Counted from the first letter of the stretch, positions 29,781-38,285 are shown. The stretch is 64,000 bases of DNA from an uncultured Gemmatimonadales bacterium (GCA_963809895.1 CAWELD010000010.1:320001-384000), one strand, 5' to 3'. The notes: generated from the sequence alone by a model not told the origin. Made by a program: numbers and translations.

Positions 29781-31520
29781 ATGCGGACCGGATCGAGGTG
29801 GCCCCTGGTGCGACCCCCCGGATGGCCTCTCGGTCTATTCGCCCTGGCCGTGAGCTGCGGGGCGCTGTCCGCCCAGGATGCGCCCGGGCCGGTCGCATCG
29901 TGTAACGGCAAGGTCGTCTCGGCGATCGAGGTCACGCCTCATGACCCGTCGTTCCTGGTCGTCCCCAAGCGCGTGCGCGCGCTCGCGCGGGCCGTGGGCG
30001 TGCTGCACACCACGACCACGGCCGAGACCATCGCCAGCTTCCTGCTTCTGGAGGTGGGCCAACCGTGCACGGAGCGGCACCGTTCCGAGTCGGAGCGCAT
30101 CCTGCGCCTGCAGCCGTTCCTCGCCGAAGCAACCGTGCGCGCCGTGCCCGACGGCCGGGGCGGCGTGCGTATGGAGGTCGAGACCGCCGACGAGATCCCC
30201 ACGGTGTTCGACATGCGGCTTCGCGGCCTGAGCCCCTCGGCCCTCCGTTTCGGCAACGGCAACGTCGGGGGGCAGGGCATGTACCTGGCCGCCAAGGTGG
30301 AGCGAGGGTTCGCCTATCGCACCGGTGTGGGCGTGTACGGGGTCGCACACCAGGTGCTCGGCCGACCCTACATGGTGTCGCTGGCGGCGGAGCGCGCGCC
30401 CCTGGGGGGCAGGTTCACCCTTGCCCTCGGACATCCCTTCTTCACCGACCTGCAGCGCACTGCCTGGCACGTGGGGTACGGCAACGTGAGCCGCTACGTG
30501 TCCTTCAGTCGCCCGCAGGGTGACGCGCTCTCGTTGGCCGTACGCCGCAGATTCTGGGACGTAGGGGGCGTCCGTCGCATCGGCCCGAGCCGCCGCAGCG
30601 CCTTCGTCGGCGGCCTTGTCACCGAGGAGGACGTGACGCCGGCGGACCGCGCGGTGGTGGTCTCGGACTCCGGATTGGTGGCGGACACCAGTACCGCGCT
30701 CGGGGGCCCCATCCCCGCCTACCGCAACCTGCGGCTGAACGCGGTCGTGGGGGTGCGTGCCCTGTCGTTCATCACGGTGCGCGGATTCGACGCGCTCGGC
30801 GCGGCACAGGACGTGGCCACCGGCGTGCAGCTCGGCACCCTGGTGGGGTGGGGCATCCCGAAGTTCGGATCCACCGGCGACAACCTCTTCGCCTCCGTCG
30901 ACCTCTACGCCGGAATCGGCTCGGCCACGTCGTTCGCGGCTGTGAGGGTGGAGGGGGAGGCACGCGAGGATCAGCGCACGAGTCGATGGGATTCGATGCT
31001 CGGTAGCGGGCGGCTGGCCTGGTACGTAAAGCCGGCTACGAAGCAGACCTTCATCGGCAGCGTAGAGGTCGGCGGTGGTTGGCGGCAGCGGATTCCATTT
31101 CAGCTCAGGCTCGGAGACCTGCAGGGTGGGGTGCGGGGGTATGCGGCGTCGCGGGTCGGGGGCGCGGCGCGAGGCGTGATTCGCATCGAGGAACGCTGGT
31201 CCTTCGGTACACTCGGACGGCGCGCCGCCCTCGGGCTGGCAACCTTCGTCGACGCCGGACGGGTGTGGGCGGGGGATGCACCCTTCGGGGTGGACAGCCG
31301 AACCAAGGTCGGGCTGGGCGTCGGGCTGCTCGTGGCGGTTCCACCGCGGTCTCAGCGACTTTGGCGCCTGGATCTCGCCGTCCCCGTGAGCCCGGACTCG
31401 CACGCGCATTGGGAGCTCCGGCTGACCGGTGTCTGGACACGGGTCTTCTGGCGGGAGCCGGACGACGTAGCTCGTGGGCGCGCGGGCGCGGCACCGTCGA
31501 CGATCTTCTCGTGGCGGTGA
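29781..31520 (+). CDS. Omp85/BamA-TamA-like outer membrane protein
   Basis: POTRA-like SESERILR; GVRGY, FVDAGRVW, RLDLA beta-barrel motifs. Confidence 0.7.
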   Translation: MRTGSRWPLVRPPGWPLGLFALAVSCGALSAQDAPGPVASCNGKVVSAIEVTPHDPSFLVVPKRVRALARAVGVLHTTTTAETIASFLLLEVGQPCTERHRSESERILRLQPFLAEATVRAVPDGRGGVRMEVETADEIPTVFDMRLRGLSPSALRFGNGNVGGQGMYLAAKVERGFAYRTGVGVYGVAHQVLGRPYMVSLAAERAPLGGRFTLALGHPFFTDLQRTAWHVGYGNVSRYVSFSRPQGDALSLAVRRRFWDVGGVRRIGPSRRSAFVGGLVTEEDVTPADRAVVVSDSGLVADTSTALGGPIPAYRNLRLNAVVGVRALSFITVRGFDALGAAQDVATGVQLGTLVGWGIPKFGSTGDNLFASVDLYAGIGSATSFAAVRVEGEAREDQRTSRWDSMLGSGRLAWYVKPATKQTFIGSVEVGGGWRQRIPFQLRLGDLQGGVRGYAASRVGGAARGVIRIEERWSFGTLGRRAALGLATFVDAGRVWAGDAPFGVDSRTKVGLGVGLLVAVPPRSQRLWRLDLAVPVSPDSHAHWELRLTGVWTRVFWREPDDVARGRAGAAPSTIFSWR

Positions 31521-31543
31521 GGCGGATCGGCCTTGCGGGGCGT

Positions 31544-31564
31544 CTCGTGATCGGGACGGCCGGA
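31544..31564 (-). repeat. Displaced tRNA-Pro 3'-end fragment (att-like)
   Basis: CTCGTGATCGGGACGGCCGGA vs CTCGTAATCGGGACGGCCGGA at 35194-35214 (20/21). Confidence 0.7.
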
Positions 31565-31674
31565 GGGAGCACGGGTCGCTGACGGACCGGGTGCCCGTGG
31601 CCCGAAGATCCGGCCTGGACGAGCCGAGACCGTGGCACCCCAGATCCTGACCGCTGGAGAACGATGTCGTCCCC

Positions 31675-34059
31675 TCAACACTCGAAGATGGTTTGCAGGG
31701 CCGTCACCAGGTCCGCACGCTCGAATGGCTTGTCGAGGATCGCGCGAACGCCGAGCGCGGCGAACTTCTCCCTGGTCACCTCACCCATCAGCCCGCTCAC
31801 GACGATGACGCCGACGTCGGGCAACTGGCTGCGAAGGATCCGCACGAAGGACATGCCATCCAACTCGGGCATGTGGAGGTCGGTAATCACCGCGCGCAAG
31901 TCCGCCCCATGCTCCGCCACCTCCTGCAAAGCGCTGGTGCCGTCCCAAGCGGTCCGCACGGTGAAGTTCATCCTCGTCAGCACCTTGCGGAGGATGTCGC
32001 GTACGGAGGGTTCGTCATCCACCACGAGGATGACCTCGCCGTTCCCTCGACACGTGGGCTCGGTCGTCGGCACCGACGCAGTCGTCGCAGCGCCCCCATC
32101 ATGCACCGGCAGGTAGACCCGGAAGGTGGAGCCCCGCCCGGGGACGGAATACACCCGGATGAAGCCGCCGTGGCCCTTGACGATGCCGAGTGCGGTGGCG
32201 AGGCCGAGTCCGGTCCCTTTGTCCGCAGCCTTGGTGGTGAAGAACGGATCGAAGATGCGATCCAGAATCTTCGGCGGAATGCCGGTGCCGGTGTCGCTGA
32301 CCTGCAAGACGAGATACGGGCCGGGCGTGACGTCGAACGCGTCAGCGTCCACACCGGCGTCGAAGTCCTTCCGTTTGACCTCAACAGATAGCGTACCGCC
32401 ATCCGGCATGGCGTCGCGGCCGTTGAGCAACAAGTTGAGCAACACCTGGTGCAGTTGGGTGACGTCGCCCAGGATGGCAGGAAGTTCCTTTGGGCAATCG
32501 ACGCGGAGTTCGATACTCTTTGGGAACGTGCTCCGGGCCATGCGCTCCACCTCGATGAGCAGCGGCCCGACCCTGACCGGCAGCCGGTCGCCTTCGGCGC
32601 CCCGGGCGAAGGTGAGGAGCTGTGTCACCAGGTCTGCGCCGCGCTTGGCCCCGCCTTCGATGAGGTCGAGATCGGCCATCGCGCGGTCTGGCAACTCCGA
32701 CCGCAACAGTTCGGCGGCCATGAGCACTGGGGCGAGCGCGTTGTTGAGGTCATGCGCGATTCCACCGGCCAGCGTGCCGATGCTCTCCATCCGCTGGGCG
32801 CGCCGCAATTGAGACTCCAGCCGCTGCTGTTCGGTGACATCCCGCTTGACGGCAACGAAGCTGACCGTCTTCCCTGCAGCGTCACGCATTGGCGAGATGG
32901 TGACCTCTTCGTCGTAGAGCGTGCCGTCCTTCCGCTTGTTGGTGAGGCGCCCGCGCCACACCCTGCCGTCGGTCAGCACGGTCCACATCCGCCGGTAGAA
33001 TTCCGCGTCATGCATACCGCTCTGGAGGAAGCGTGGATTCTGGCCCACGGCCTCCTCGCGACTGTAACCGCTGGTCGTTTCAAACGCCGGATTGACGTCC
33101 TGGATGATCCCGTTGGCGTCGGTGATCAGGATGGACTCGGCGGCCTGCTGGACAGCCATCGCCAGCCGGGCTGCGGACGCTTCCGCCCGCTTGAGTGGGG
33201 TGATGTCGAGATAGGTGCCGAGAACGCCGGAGATTTCCCCCGTGGCATCGCGGAGCGGGACTTTGCTCGTCAGTAGCGTGATGGTCGCCCCATCGGGCGT
33301 CGTCTGCGGCTCTTCGACGAGGAGACTCGCCTGGCCGCTCTCGATCACCTTGCGATCATCCTTGCGATAACGACTCGCCTGGTCGCGCCAGGCCAGTTGA
33401 TGGTCCGTCTTTCCGATGACGTCCCGCGGATCGGCAAGACCCGCATCGTGGGCAAAGAGAGCATTGCAGCCCAAATACACCAGGTCCCGGTCTTTCCAGA
33501 AGACGCGCGCCGGAAGCGCGTTGATGATCTCGTTGGTGAGGCGCTGGGACGCCTCGAGAGCCGCCTTCGCGCGTGCGGCCGCGGTCATGTCGCGGATGTT
33601 ACACTGGATCACCCGCCGTGCGTCCACCAGATAGACGTTGCTGACGAACTCGACCTCGATCCGTCGTCCGTCAGAGGTCTCCAGCGCCTTGTCGTCGTAG
33701 CGGACGTACTCGTGCTCCGACAATTCGAGAAAGTTGTCCCGATTTGCCACGATGTCTCGGAGGAAGCCCAGATCCCACACGTGCTTGTCGCACATTTCCG
33801 CGTGCGAATAGCCCAGCAGCTCCGTCAGAAATGGATTCACGTCCGTGATCATCCCGGTCTCGGCATCGAGGATCAGGATGCCGTCCTTGGCGGACTCGAA
33901 GAGGCGGCGATAGCGCAGTTCTGAAGCGCGGAGCGCCTCGTCATCCCCTGCGGGGCCCTGGCGCCCCGCGGCAGGTGGCTCGTCGGCGGAGGCGAGGCTC
34001 GCCCGGAGTCTCGCCAGGAGCTCCAGCCGCTCGGCGAGCGAGAGGTCGGAGATATTCAC
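31675..34059 (-). CDS. Hybrid sensor kinase, 3 PAS + HisKA + HATPase + REC
   Basis: GIAHDLNN, DTGTG, FFTTK, GTGLGL, LVVDDE, TDLHMP. Confidence 0.92.
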   Translation of the reverse strand: MNISDLSLAERLELLARLRASLASADEPPAAGRQGPAGDDEALRASELRYRRLFESAKDGILILDAETGMITDVNPFLTELLGYSHAEMCDKHVWDLGFLRDIVANRDNFLELSEHEYVRYDDKALETSDGRRIEVEFVSNVYLVDARRVIQCNIRDMTAAARAKAALEASQRLTNEIINALPARVFWKDRDLVYLGCNALFAHDAGLADPRDVIGKTDHQLAWRDQASRYRKDDRKVIESGQASLLVEEPQTTPDGATITLLTSKVPLRDATGEISGVLGTYLDITPLKRAEASAARLAMAVQQAAESILITDANGIIQDVNPAFETTSGYSREEAVGQNPRFLQSGMHDAEFYRRMWTVLTDGRVWRGRLTNKRKDGTLYDEEVTISPMRDAAGKTVSFVAVKRDVTEQQRLESQLRRAQRMESIGTLAGGIAHDLNNALAPVLMAAELLRSELPDRAMADLDLIEGGAKRGADLVTQLLTFARGAEGDRLPVRVGPLLIEVERMARSTFPKSIELRVDCPKELPAILGDVTQLHQVLLNLLLNGRDAMPDGGTLSVEVKRKDFDAGVDADAFDVTPGPYLVLQVSDTGTGIPPKILDRIFDPFFTTKAADKGTGLGLATALGIVKGHGGFIRVYSVPGRGSTFRVYLPVHDGGAATTASVPTTEPTCRGNGEVILVVDDEPSVRDILRKVLTRMNFTVRTAWDGTSALQEVAEHGADLRAVITDLHMPELDGMSFVRILRSQLPDVGVIVVSGLMGEVTREKFAALGVRAILDKPFERADLVTALQTIFEC

Positions 34060-34463
34060 ACTCGTTCCTGCGCTCGGTGCGCGTGGGGAAGACGGCACGT
34101 CAGGACCCGTCGCCAGCACACGGCGCGGGCATCGGACTTGATCGTGCTTGGCCGACGCTCGGTTCGTGGCCGCACGATACGACAGGCGCACGGCCAAACG
34201 GTCTCGCGCGACCAGCTCCGCTTCCTCACCATGCACCCCTCATCTGTGATGGGTTCGACAACACCCGCGCCGCCACGCATCGAACGCGGGACGGATTCAC
34301 CGAAGGGTAAAGGTCCTGTTGTGAAGTCCAGGGCAAGAGGGGATCGGCTCCAATCGCTCAAAGGGGTAAAGAGCGACGTGGCACACTTGAAGGGTATCTG
34401 TCTGCCGTGGGTAGCGAAAGCCTCATCAGCCATGAGATAGCTGGCTTCTTGAGGACTCAGTGA

Positions 34464-35200
34464 GCTTCGCCGAATCCGGGCCGGTTCTCATCCGGCCGTC
34501 CCTCCTTCGGCTCCCGACAACGACGAAGGCTCCTCGACCGATGTGGTCGAGGAGCCTCAGTCGGGACGGCCGGATGGAGCTGCGGTGGCCGCTGGCGCGG
34601 CCATCCTCGCTCGCCTCGCGACGGGGGGCGGGTGGGCCTGACGGGGTGGCTAATTGGTCGCTCGGCTCGAACCGGCGATCCGTCTTCGGCTTCGCCGAAT
34701 CCGGGCCGGTTCGAACCGGGGGAGAATGAAGAGAGGCCCGCGGCAGTCGCCGCGGGCCTCGTAATCGGGACGGCCGGATGGAGCTGCGGTGGCCGCTGGC
34801 GCGGCCATCCTCGCTCGCCTCGCGACGGGGGGCGGGTGGGCCTGACGGAGTAGTGAGTCGGTCGCTCGGCTCGAACCGGCTACCCGTCTTCGGCTTCGCC
34901 GAATCCGGGCCGGTTCTCATCCGGCCGTCCCTCCTTCGGCTCCCGACAACGACGAAGGCTCCTCGACCGATGTGGTCGAGGAGCCTCAGTCGGGACGGCC
35001 GGATGGAGCTGCGGTGGCCGCTAGCGCGGCCATCCTCGCTCGCCTCGCGACGGGGGGCGGGTGGGCCTGACGGGGTGGCTAATTGGTCGCTCGGCTCGAA
35101 CCGGCGATCCGTCTTCGGCTTCGCCGAATCCGGGCCGGTTCGAACCGGCGCGGCTCGAGAACGAAGAAGGCCCGCGGCGAGTCGCCGCGGAGCCTCGTAA
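34464..35200 (-). repeat. tRNA-linked repeat array (about 3.5 units of 204-225 bp) downstream of tRNA-Pro
   Basis: TCGGGACGGCCGGAT at 34561, 34765, 34990 and in the tRNA at 35201; 34464-34719 nearly identical to 34893-35148. Confidence 0.9.
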
Positions 35201-35274
35201 TCGGGACGGCCGGATTCGAACCGGCGACCCCCTGAACCCCATTCAGGTGCGCTACCGGGCTGCGCCACGTCCCG
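35201..35274 (-). tRNA. tRNA-Pro(GGG)
   Basis: Cloverleaf: CGGGACG/CGTCCCG acceptor, CCTGA-ATGGGGT-TCAGG anticodon arm. Confidence 0.95.
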
Positions 35275-35285
35275 AGACGGGCAGA

Positions 35286-35314
35286 AGTATAACCGGCGCC
35301 CATGGCGCCCTCAA
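35286..35314 (-). promoter_or_regulatory. Sigma70-type promoter of tRNA-Pro
   Basis: TTGAGG-N17-TATACT, 11 nt upstream of the tRNA. Confidence 0.65.
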
Positions 35315-36027
35315 CCCTGGGCGAGGGCCGGCGTCAGTGCGGTGTCAGGGGCGTCGAGACGGTACCCTACGCCCCGGACGGTCGTGACGAGCTCCGCCTC
35401 TGGCTGCTTCTCGTCGAGCTTGCGTCTCAGGCGGTGAACCGTAGCATCCAGTACTGCCTCGGTTCCCTTGTCCTGACCCCAGATGTCGCGCAGGAGCACT
35501 TCTCGCGGTACCACCTCGCCCTTGCCTTCCATCAACCGCACCAGCAGCTCGAATTCCCTTCCGCTGAGCGTCAGGGGGTCCTCACCGTCGAGCACCTGTC
35601 GGCTGGTCAGGTCGATGGTGAGCCCTCCGATCATGACCCGGTGTCTCAGCGGCCTGTTCGGGGCTGGAGTCCCGCTGATCTGTCGCAACAGGACCTGACG
35701 ACGCATCAGAATGGCACGGGCGGAGTGTGGAGGACACACGAGGTCGTCGGCACCGGCGGCGAGCGCTTCGTCGGTGCACTCGGGGTCTGCGCAGGATGAC
35801 AGGAGAAGGCGGACTGCACGGGATCCTCCCTTCTCGAGGGAGCTCAGGAATTCAAGGGAATCTCCCGCCGTCGGGTCCGCGCCCACCACGATGGTGTCGG
35901 GGCGAATACGGTCGGCGTCCTCCATCGCTCGAGCGAAGGTGGTGGCGGTCGCAACCGCGTGACCCGACTCCCGGCAGGCTTCGGCGAGGCTCGCCGCGTT
36001 GCGGCCGATGCCAGCGAGGAGGATCAT
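35311..36027 (-). CDS. Atypical OmpR-family response regulator (degenerate receiver + wHTH)
   Basis: LSGREFELL, VHRLRRKL, TVRGVGYRL; receiver lacks acidic pocket, phospho-Asp and Lys. Confidence 0.8.
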   Translation of the reverse strand: MILLAGIGRNAASLAEACRESGHAVATATTFARAMEDADRIRPDTIVVGADPTAGDSLEFLSSLEKGGSRAVRLLLSSCADPECTDEALAAGADDLVCPPHSARAILMRRQVLLRQISGTPAPNRPLRHRVMIGGLTIDLTSRQVLDGEDPLTLSGREFELLVRLMEGKGEVVPREVLLRDIWGQDKGTEAVLDATVHRLRRKLDEKQPEAELVTTVRGVGYRLDAPDTALTPALAQG

Positions 36028-36305
36028 CCCTCGCTCGACGGCGGGCCGGCCGTCGCCCCGAATCGGACGCTCGCCGCCGGGATGGGCCGCTGTTGCATGC
36101 TCGAGCTGGTTGATATCACGTCTGATCAACATCTCAAATCCTCTCAGCAAGAGGTGCGCTGTGCACCTCTGATATCTTCTTCATAGGCGTCGCCGCAGGG
36201 GTGACGTTGATCCTACAGCACCGAGGACCCACAGGGTCCGGGAAGTGTTGTCGGGCCGCGGCAATCCTCCGGGGAACCCACCCGAACAAGCGGGTGTTCG
36301 GAGGG

Positions 36306-36335
36306 TTGACACCCCCCTGGCCGAACGGGTATACT
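36306..36335 (+). promoter_or_regulatory. Sigma70 promoter of the tRNA array
   Basis: TTGACA-N18-TATACT followed by GC-rich discriminator TGGGGCCC. Confidence 0.8.
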
Positions 36336-36346
36336 TGGGGCCCTGT

Positions 36347-36420
<74 letters not shown>

Positions 36421-36494
36421 TTTTGGAGCGCCGCCGGGTCTGGGCGGCGTTTCCCACGTTTGAGAGTCACGCCGAGGCGCCGGAGAGATCGACG

Positions 36495-36617
36495 ATGCCG
36501 TTTTCCCTGAGTCCGCGAACGACCGAGCGTGCGCGCACGGACGCGTCGCAGGCCCGTGGGTTCACGGTGGCGGACACCTGGTCTAGCCAGCATCGGGTGG
36601 GGGTTGGCGAGCGGTAG
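36495..36617 (+). CDS. Putative leader peptide, 40 aa (MPFSLSPRTTERARTDASQARGFTVADTWSSQHRVGVGER)
   Basis: GGAGAG 7 nt before ATG; 3' end overlaps antiterminator arm. Confidence 0.6.
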   Translation: MPFSLSPRTTERARTDASQARGFTVADTWSSQHRVGVGER

Positions 36618-36653
36618 CATTGCGACCGTCTTCGCTTGAAGAGCCCCGCCCGA
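36593..36653 (+). promoter_or_regulatory. Putative antiterminator hairpin
   Basis: TCGGGTGGGG (36593-602) pairs with CCCCGCCCGA (36644-653); inner GGCGAG/TTCGCT and CGGT/ACCG stems. Confidence 0.65.
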
Positions 36654-36679
36654 GCCCGAGTGGCCGGGCGGTTTTTTTT
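36646..36679 (+). terminator. Intrinsic terminator inside the tRNA array
   Basis: CCGCCCG-A-GCC-CGAGT-GGC-CGGGCGG followed by T8. Confidence 0.85.
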
Positions 36680-36681
36680 CC

Positions 36682-36754
36682 GGCCAGGTAGCTCAGTTGG
36701 TAGAGCACACGACTGAAAATCGTGGTGTCGGCGGTTCGATTCCGTCCCTGGCCA
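36682..36754 (+). tRNA. tRNA-Phe(GAA)
   Basis: Cloverleaf; CACGA-CTGAAAA-TCGTG. Confidence 0.95.
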
Positions 36755-36792
36755 TGAAAAAGCAGGACGACACCGCCCCGAGCGGAGTCCAG

Positions 36793-36865
36793 AGGTCCGT
36801 AGCTCAATTGGTAGAGCACCGGTCTCCAAAACCGGCGGTTGGGGGTTCGAGTCCCTCCGGGCCTG
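36793..36865 (+). tRNA. tRNA-Trp(CCA)
   Basis: CCGGT-CTCCAAA-ACCGG. Confidence 0.95.
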
Positions 36866-36907
36866 TGATACGGCCGGAGTGTGGCCTGCCCCTGGGGGTG
36901 GGTAGAG

Positions 36908-36979
36908 GCCCCCATCGTCTAACGGCTAGGACACCACTCTTTCAAGGTGGCGGTCGGGGTTCGATTCCCCGTGGGGGCA
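36908..36979 (+). tRNA. tRNA-Glu(TTC)
   Basis: CCACT-CTTTCAA-GGTGG. Confidence 0.95.
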
Positions 36980-37008
36980 TTGATCAACGTTGGAATTGCA
37001 GGGAGTTT

Positions 37009-37082
37009 GGGGCTGTAGCTCAGTCGGTTAGAGTGCCGGTCTGTCACACCGGAGGCCGCGGGTTCGAGTCCCGTCAGCCCCG
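37009..37082 (+). tRNA. tRNA-Asp(GTC)
   Basis: CCGGT-CTGTCAC-ACCGG. Confidence 0.95.
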
Positions 37083-37165
37083 CTGGACGTTGTTTGAAAT
37101 CTGGTGCGAGCGGTCGATCCTTTCGGGGATCCCCTCGTGCTTTCGGGTCATCGGAATGAAAGGCT

Positions 37166-37238
<73 letters not shown>

Positions 37239-37278
37239 CTGGTCCGCGGGTGCGCCGTGAGGCGTGCCCCGGTGCCGG

Positions 37279-37362
37279 GCTCGGGTGGCGGAATTGGTAG
37301 ACGCGCAGGATTCAGGATCCTGTGGGGGCAACCCCGTGAGGGTTCGAGTCCCTCCCCGAGCA
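37279..37362 (+). tRNA. tRNA-Leu(CAG)
   Basis: CAGGA-TTCAGGA-TCCTG; long variable arm. Confidence 0.95.
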
Positions 37363-37429
37363 CTGCTTCGGTTCGCTTGAGGCAGCGTCGGTCACCCTCG
37401 CCAGGTGCCGACAAACCGATAGGAAGGTC

Positions 37430-37513
37430 GCCCACGTGCTGGAATTGGTAGACAGGCTGGTTTGAGGGACCAGTGCCGGAAACGGCGTACAGGTTCGAGT
37501 CCTGTCGTGGGCA
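37430..37513 (+). tRNA. tRNA-Leu(GAG)
   Basis: CTGGT-TTGAGGG-ACCAG; long variable arm. Confidence 0.95.
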
Positions 37514-37527
37514 CTCCTGGCGGGCGC

Positions 37528-37601
37528 GCGCCCGTAGCTCAATTGGATAGAGCGTTTGACTACGGATCAAAAGGTTGGGGGTTCGAGTCCTCCCGGGCGC
37601 A
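37528..37601 (+). tRNA. tRNA-Arg(ACG)
   Basis: TTTGA-CTACGGA-TCAAA. Confidence 0.95.
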
Positions 37602-37629
37602 TCTCGTGTTGAAGGGCACAAGGGGATTC

Positions 37630-37703
37630 GGGCGCGTAGCTCAGTTGGTTAGAGCGCTACGTTGACATCGTAGAGGTCAGAGGTTCGAGTCCTCTCGCGC
37701 CCA
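37630..37703 (+). tRNA. tRNA-Val(GAC)
   Basis: CTACG-TTGACAT-CGTAG. Confidence 0.95.
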
Positions 37704-37713
37704 TGCGAAGGCT

Positions 37714-37786
<73 letters not shown>

Positions 37787-37796
37787 CTCCAGACCT

Positions 37797-37869
37797 GCCA
37801 CCATAGCTCAGCTGGTAGAGCACGTCACTCGTAATGACGGGGTCGTCGGTTCGAGTCCGACTGGTGGCT
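37797..37869 (+). tRNA. tRNA-Thr(CGT)
   Basis: CGTCA-CTCGTAA-TGACG. Confidence 0.95.
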
Positions 37870-37903
37870 CTGGCCGGTCGGGCGAAGCCCGGCTCTGATG
37901 TGG

Positions 37904-37976
37904 TGCCCCGTGGTGTAATTGGCAACACGCCGGATTCTGGCTCCGGAGAGTCTAGGTTCGAGCCCTAGCGGGGCAA
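37904..37976 (+). tRNA. tRNA-Gln(CTG)
   Basis: CCGGA-TTCTGGC-TCCGG; T1-A72. Confidence 0.95.
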
Positions 37977-38015
37977 TCTTCACCGCCGACGTCGGATGGA
38001 TCGGCGGAATCCTGG

Positions 38016-38101
38016 GGAGGGATGGCCGAGTGGCTTAAGGCGGCGCCCTGCTAAGGCGTTGGGCCGAAAGGCCCGCGTGGGTTCGAATCCCACTCCCTCC
38101 G
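38016..38101 (+). tRNA. tRNA-Ser(GCT)
   Basis: GCGCC-CTGCTAA-GGCGT; long variable arm. Confidence 0.95.
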
Positions 38102-38146
38102 TTCGATTCCTTCTTCGGGATCCCGTCTCGAGGTTGGATGCTTCCT

Positions 38147-38230
38147 GGACGGGTGGCCGAGCGGCTTAAGGCGCACGATTGGAAATCGTGTGGGCGAAAG
38201 CCCACGTGGGTTCGAATCCCACCCCGTCCG
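38147..38230 (+). tRNA. tRNA-Ser(GGA)
   Basis: CACGA-TTGGAAA-TCGTG; long variable arm. Confidence 0.95.
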
Positions 38231-38285
38231 TTGCTGATCGAGAAAGCGGGAGTGAGAGTGGGCTTCTCACCCACGGAAGGCTGTT

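Noticed and set aside
34426..35268. 280-aa repeat protein, or CRISPR, over the tRNA-linked repeats
   Set aside because: The ORF starts inside tRNA-Pro and is translated repeat DNA; the units are about 210 bp with no unique spacers.
36430..36680. 6S RNA or T-box in the fMet-Phe spacer
   Set aside because: I see no T-box consensus and no end-to-end 6S rod. RBS, ORF and alternative stems fit attenuation better. An Rfam scan is still advisable.
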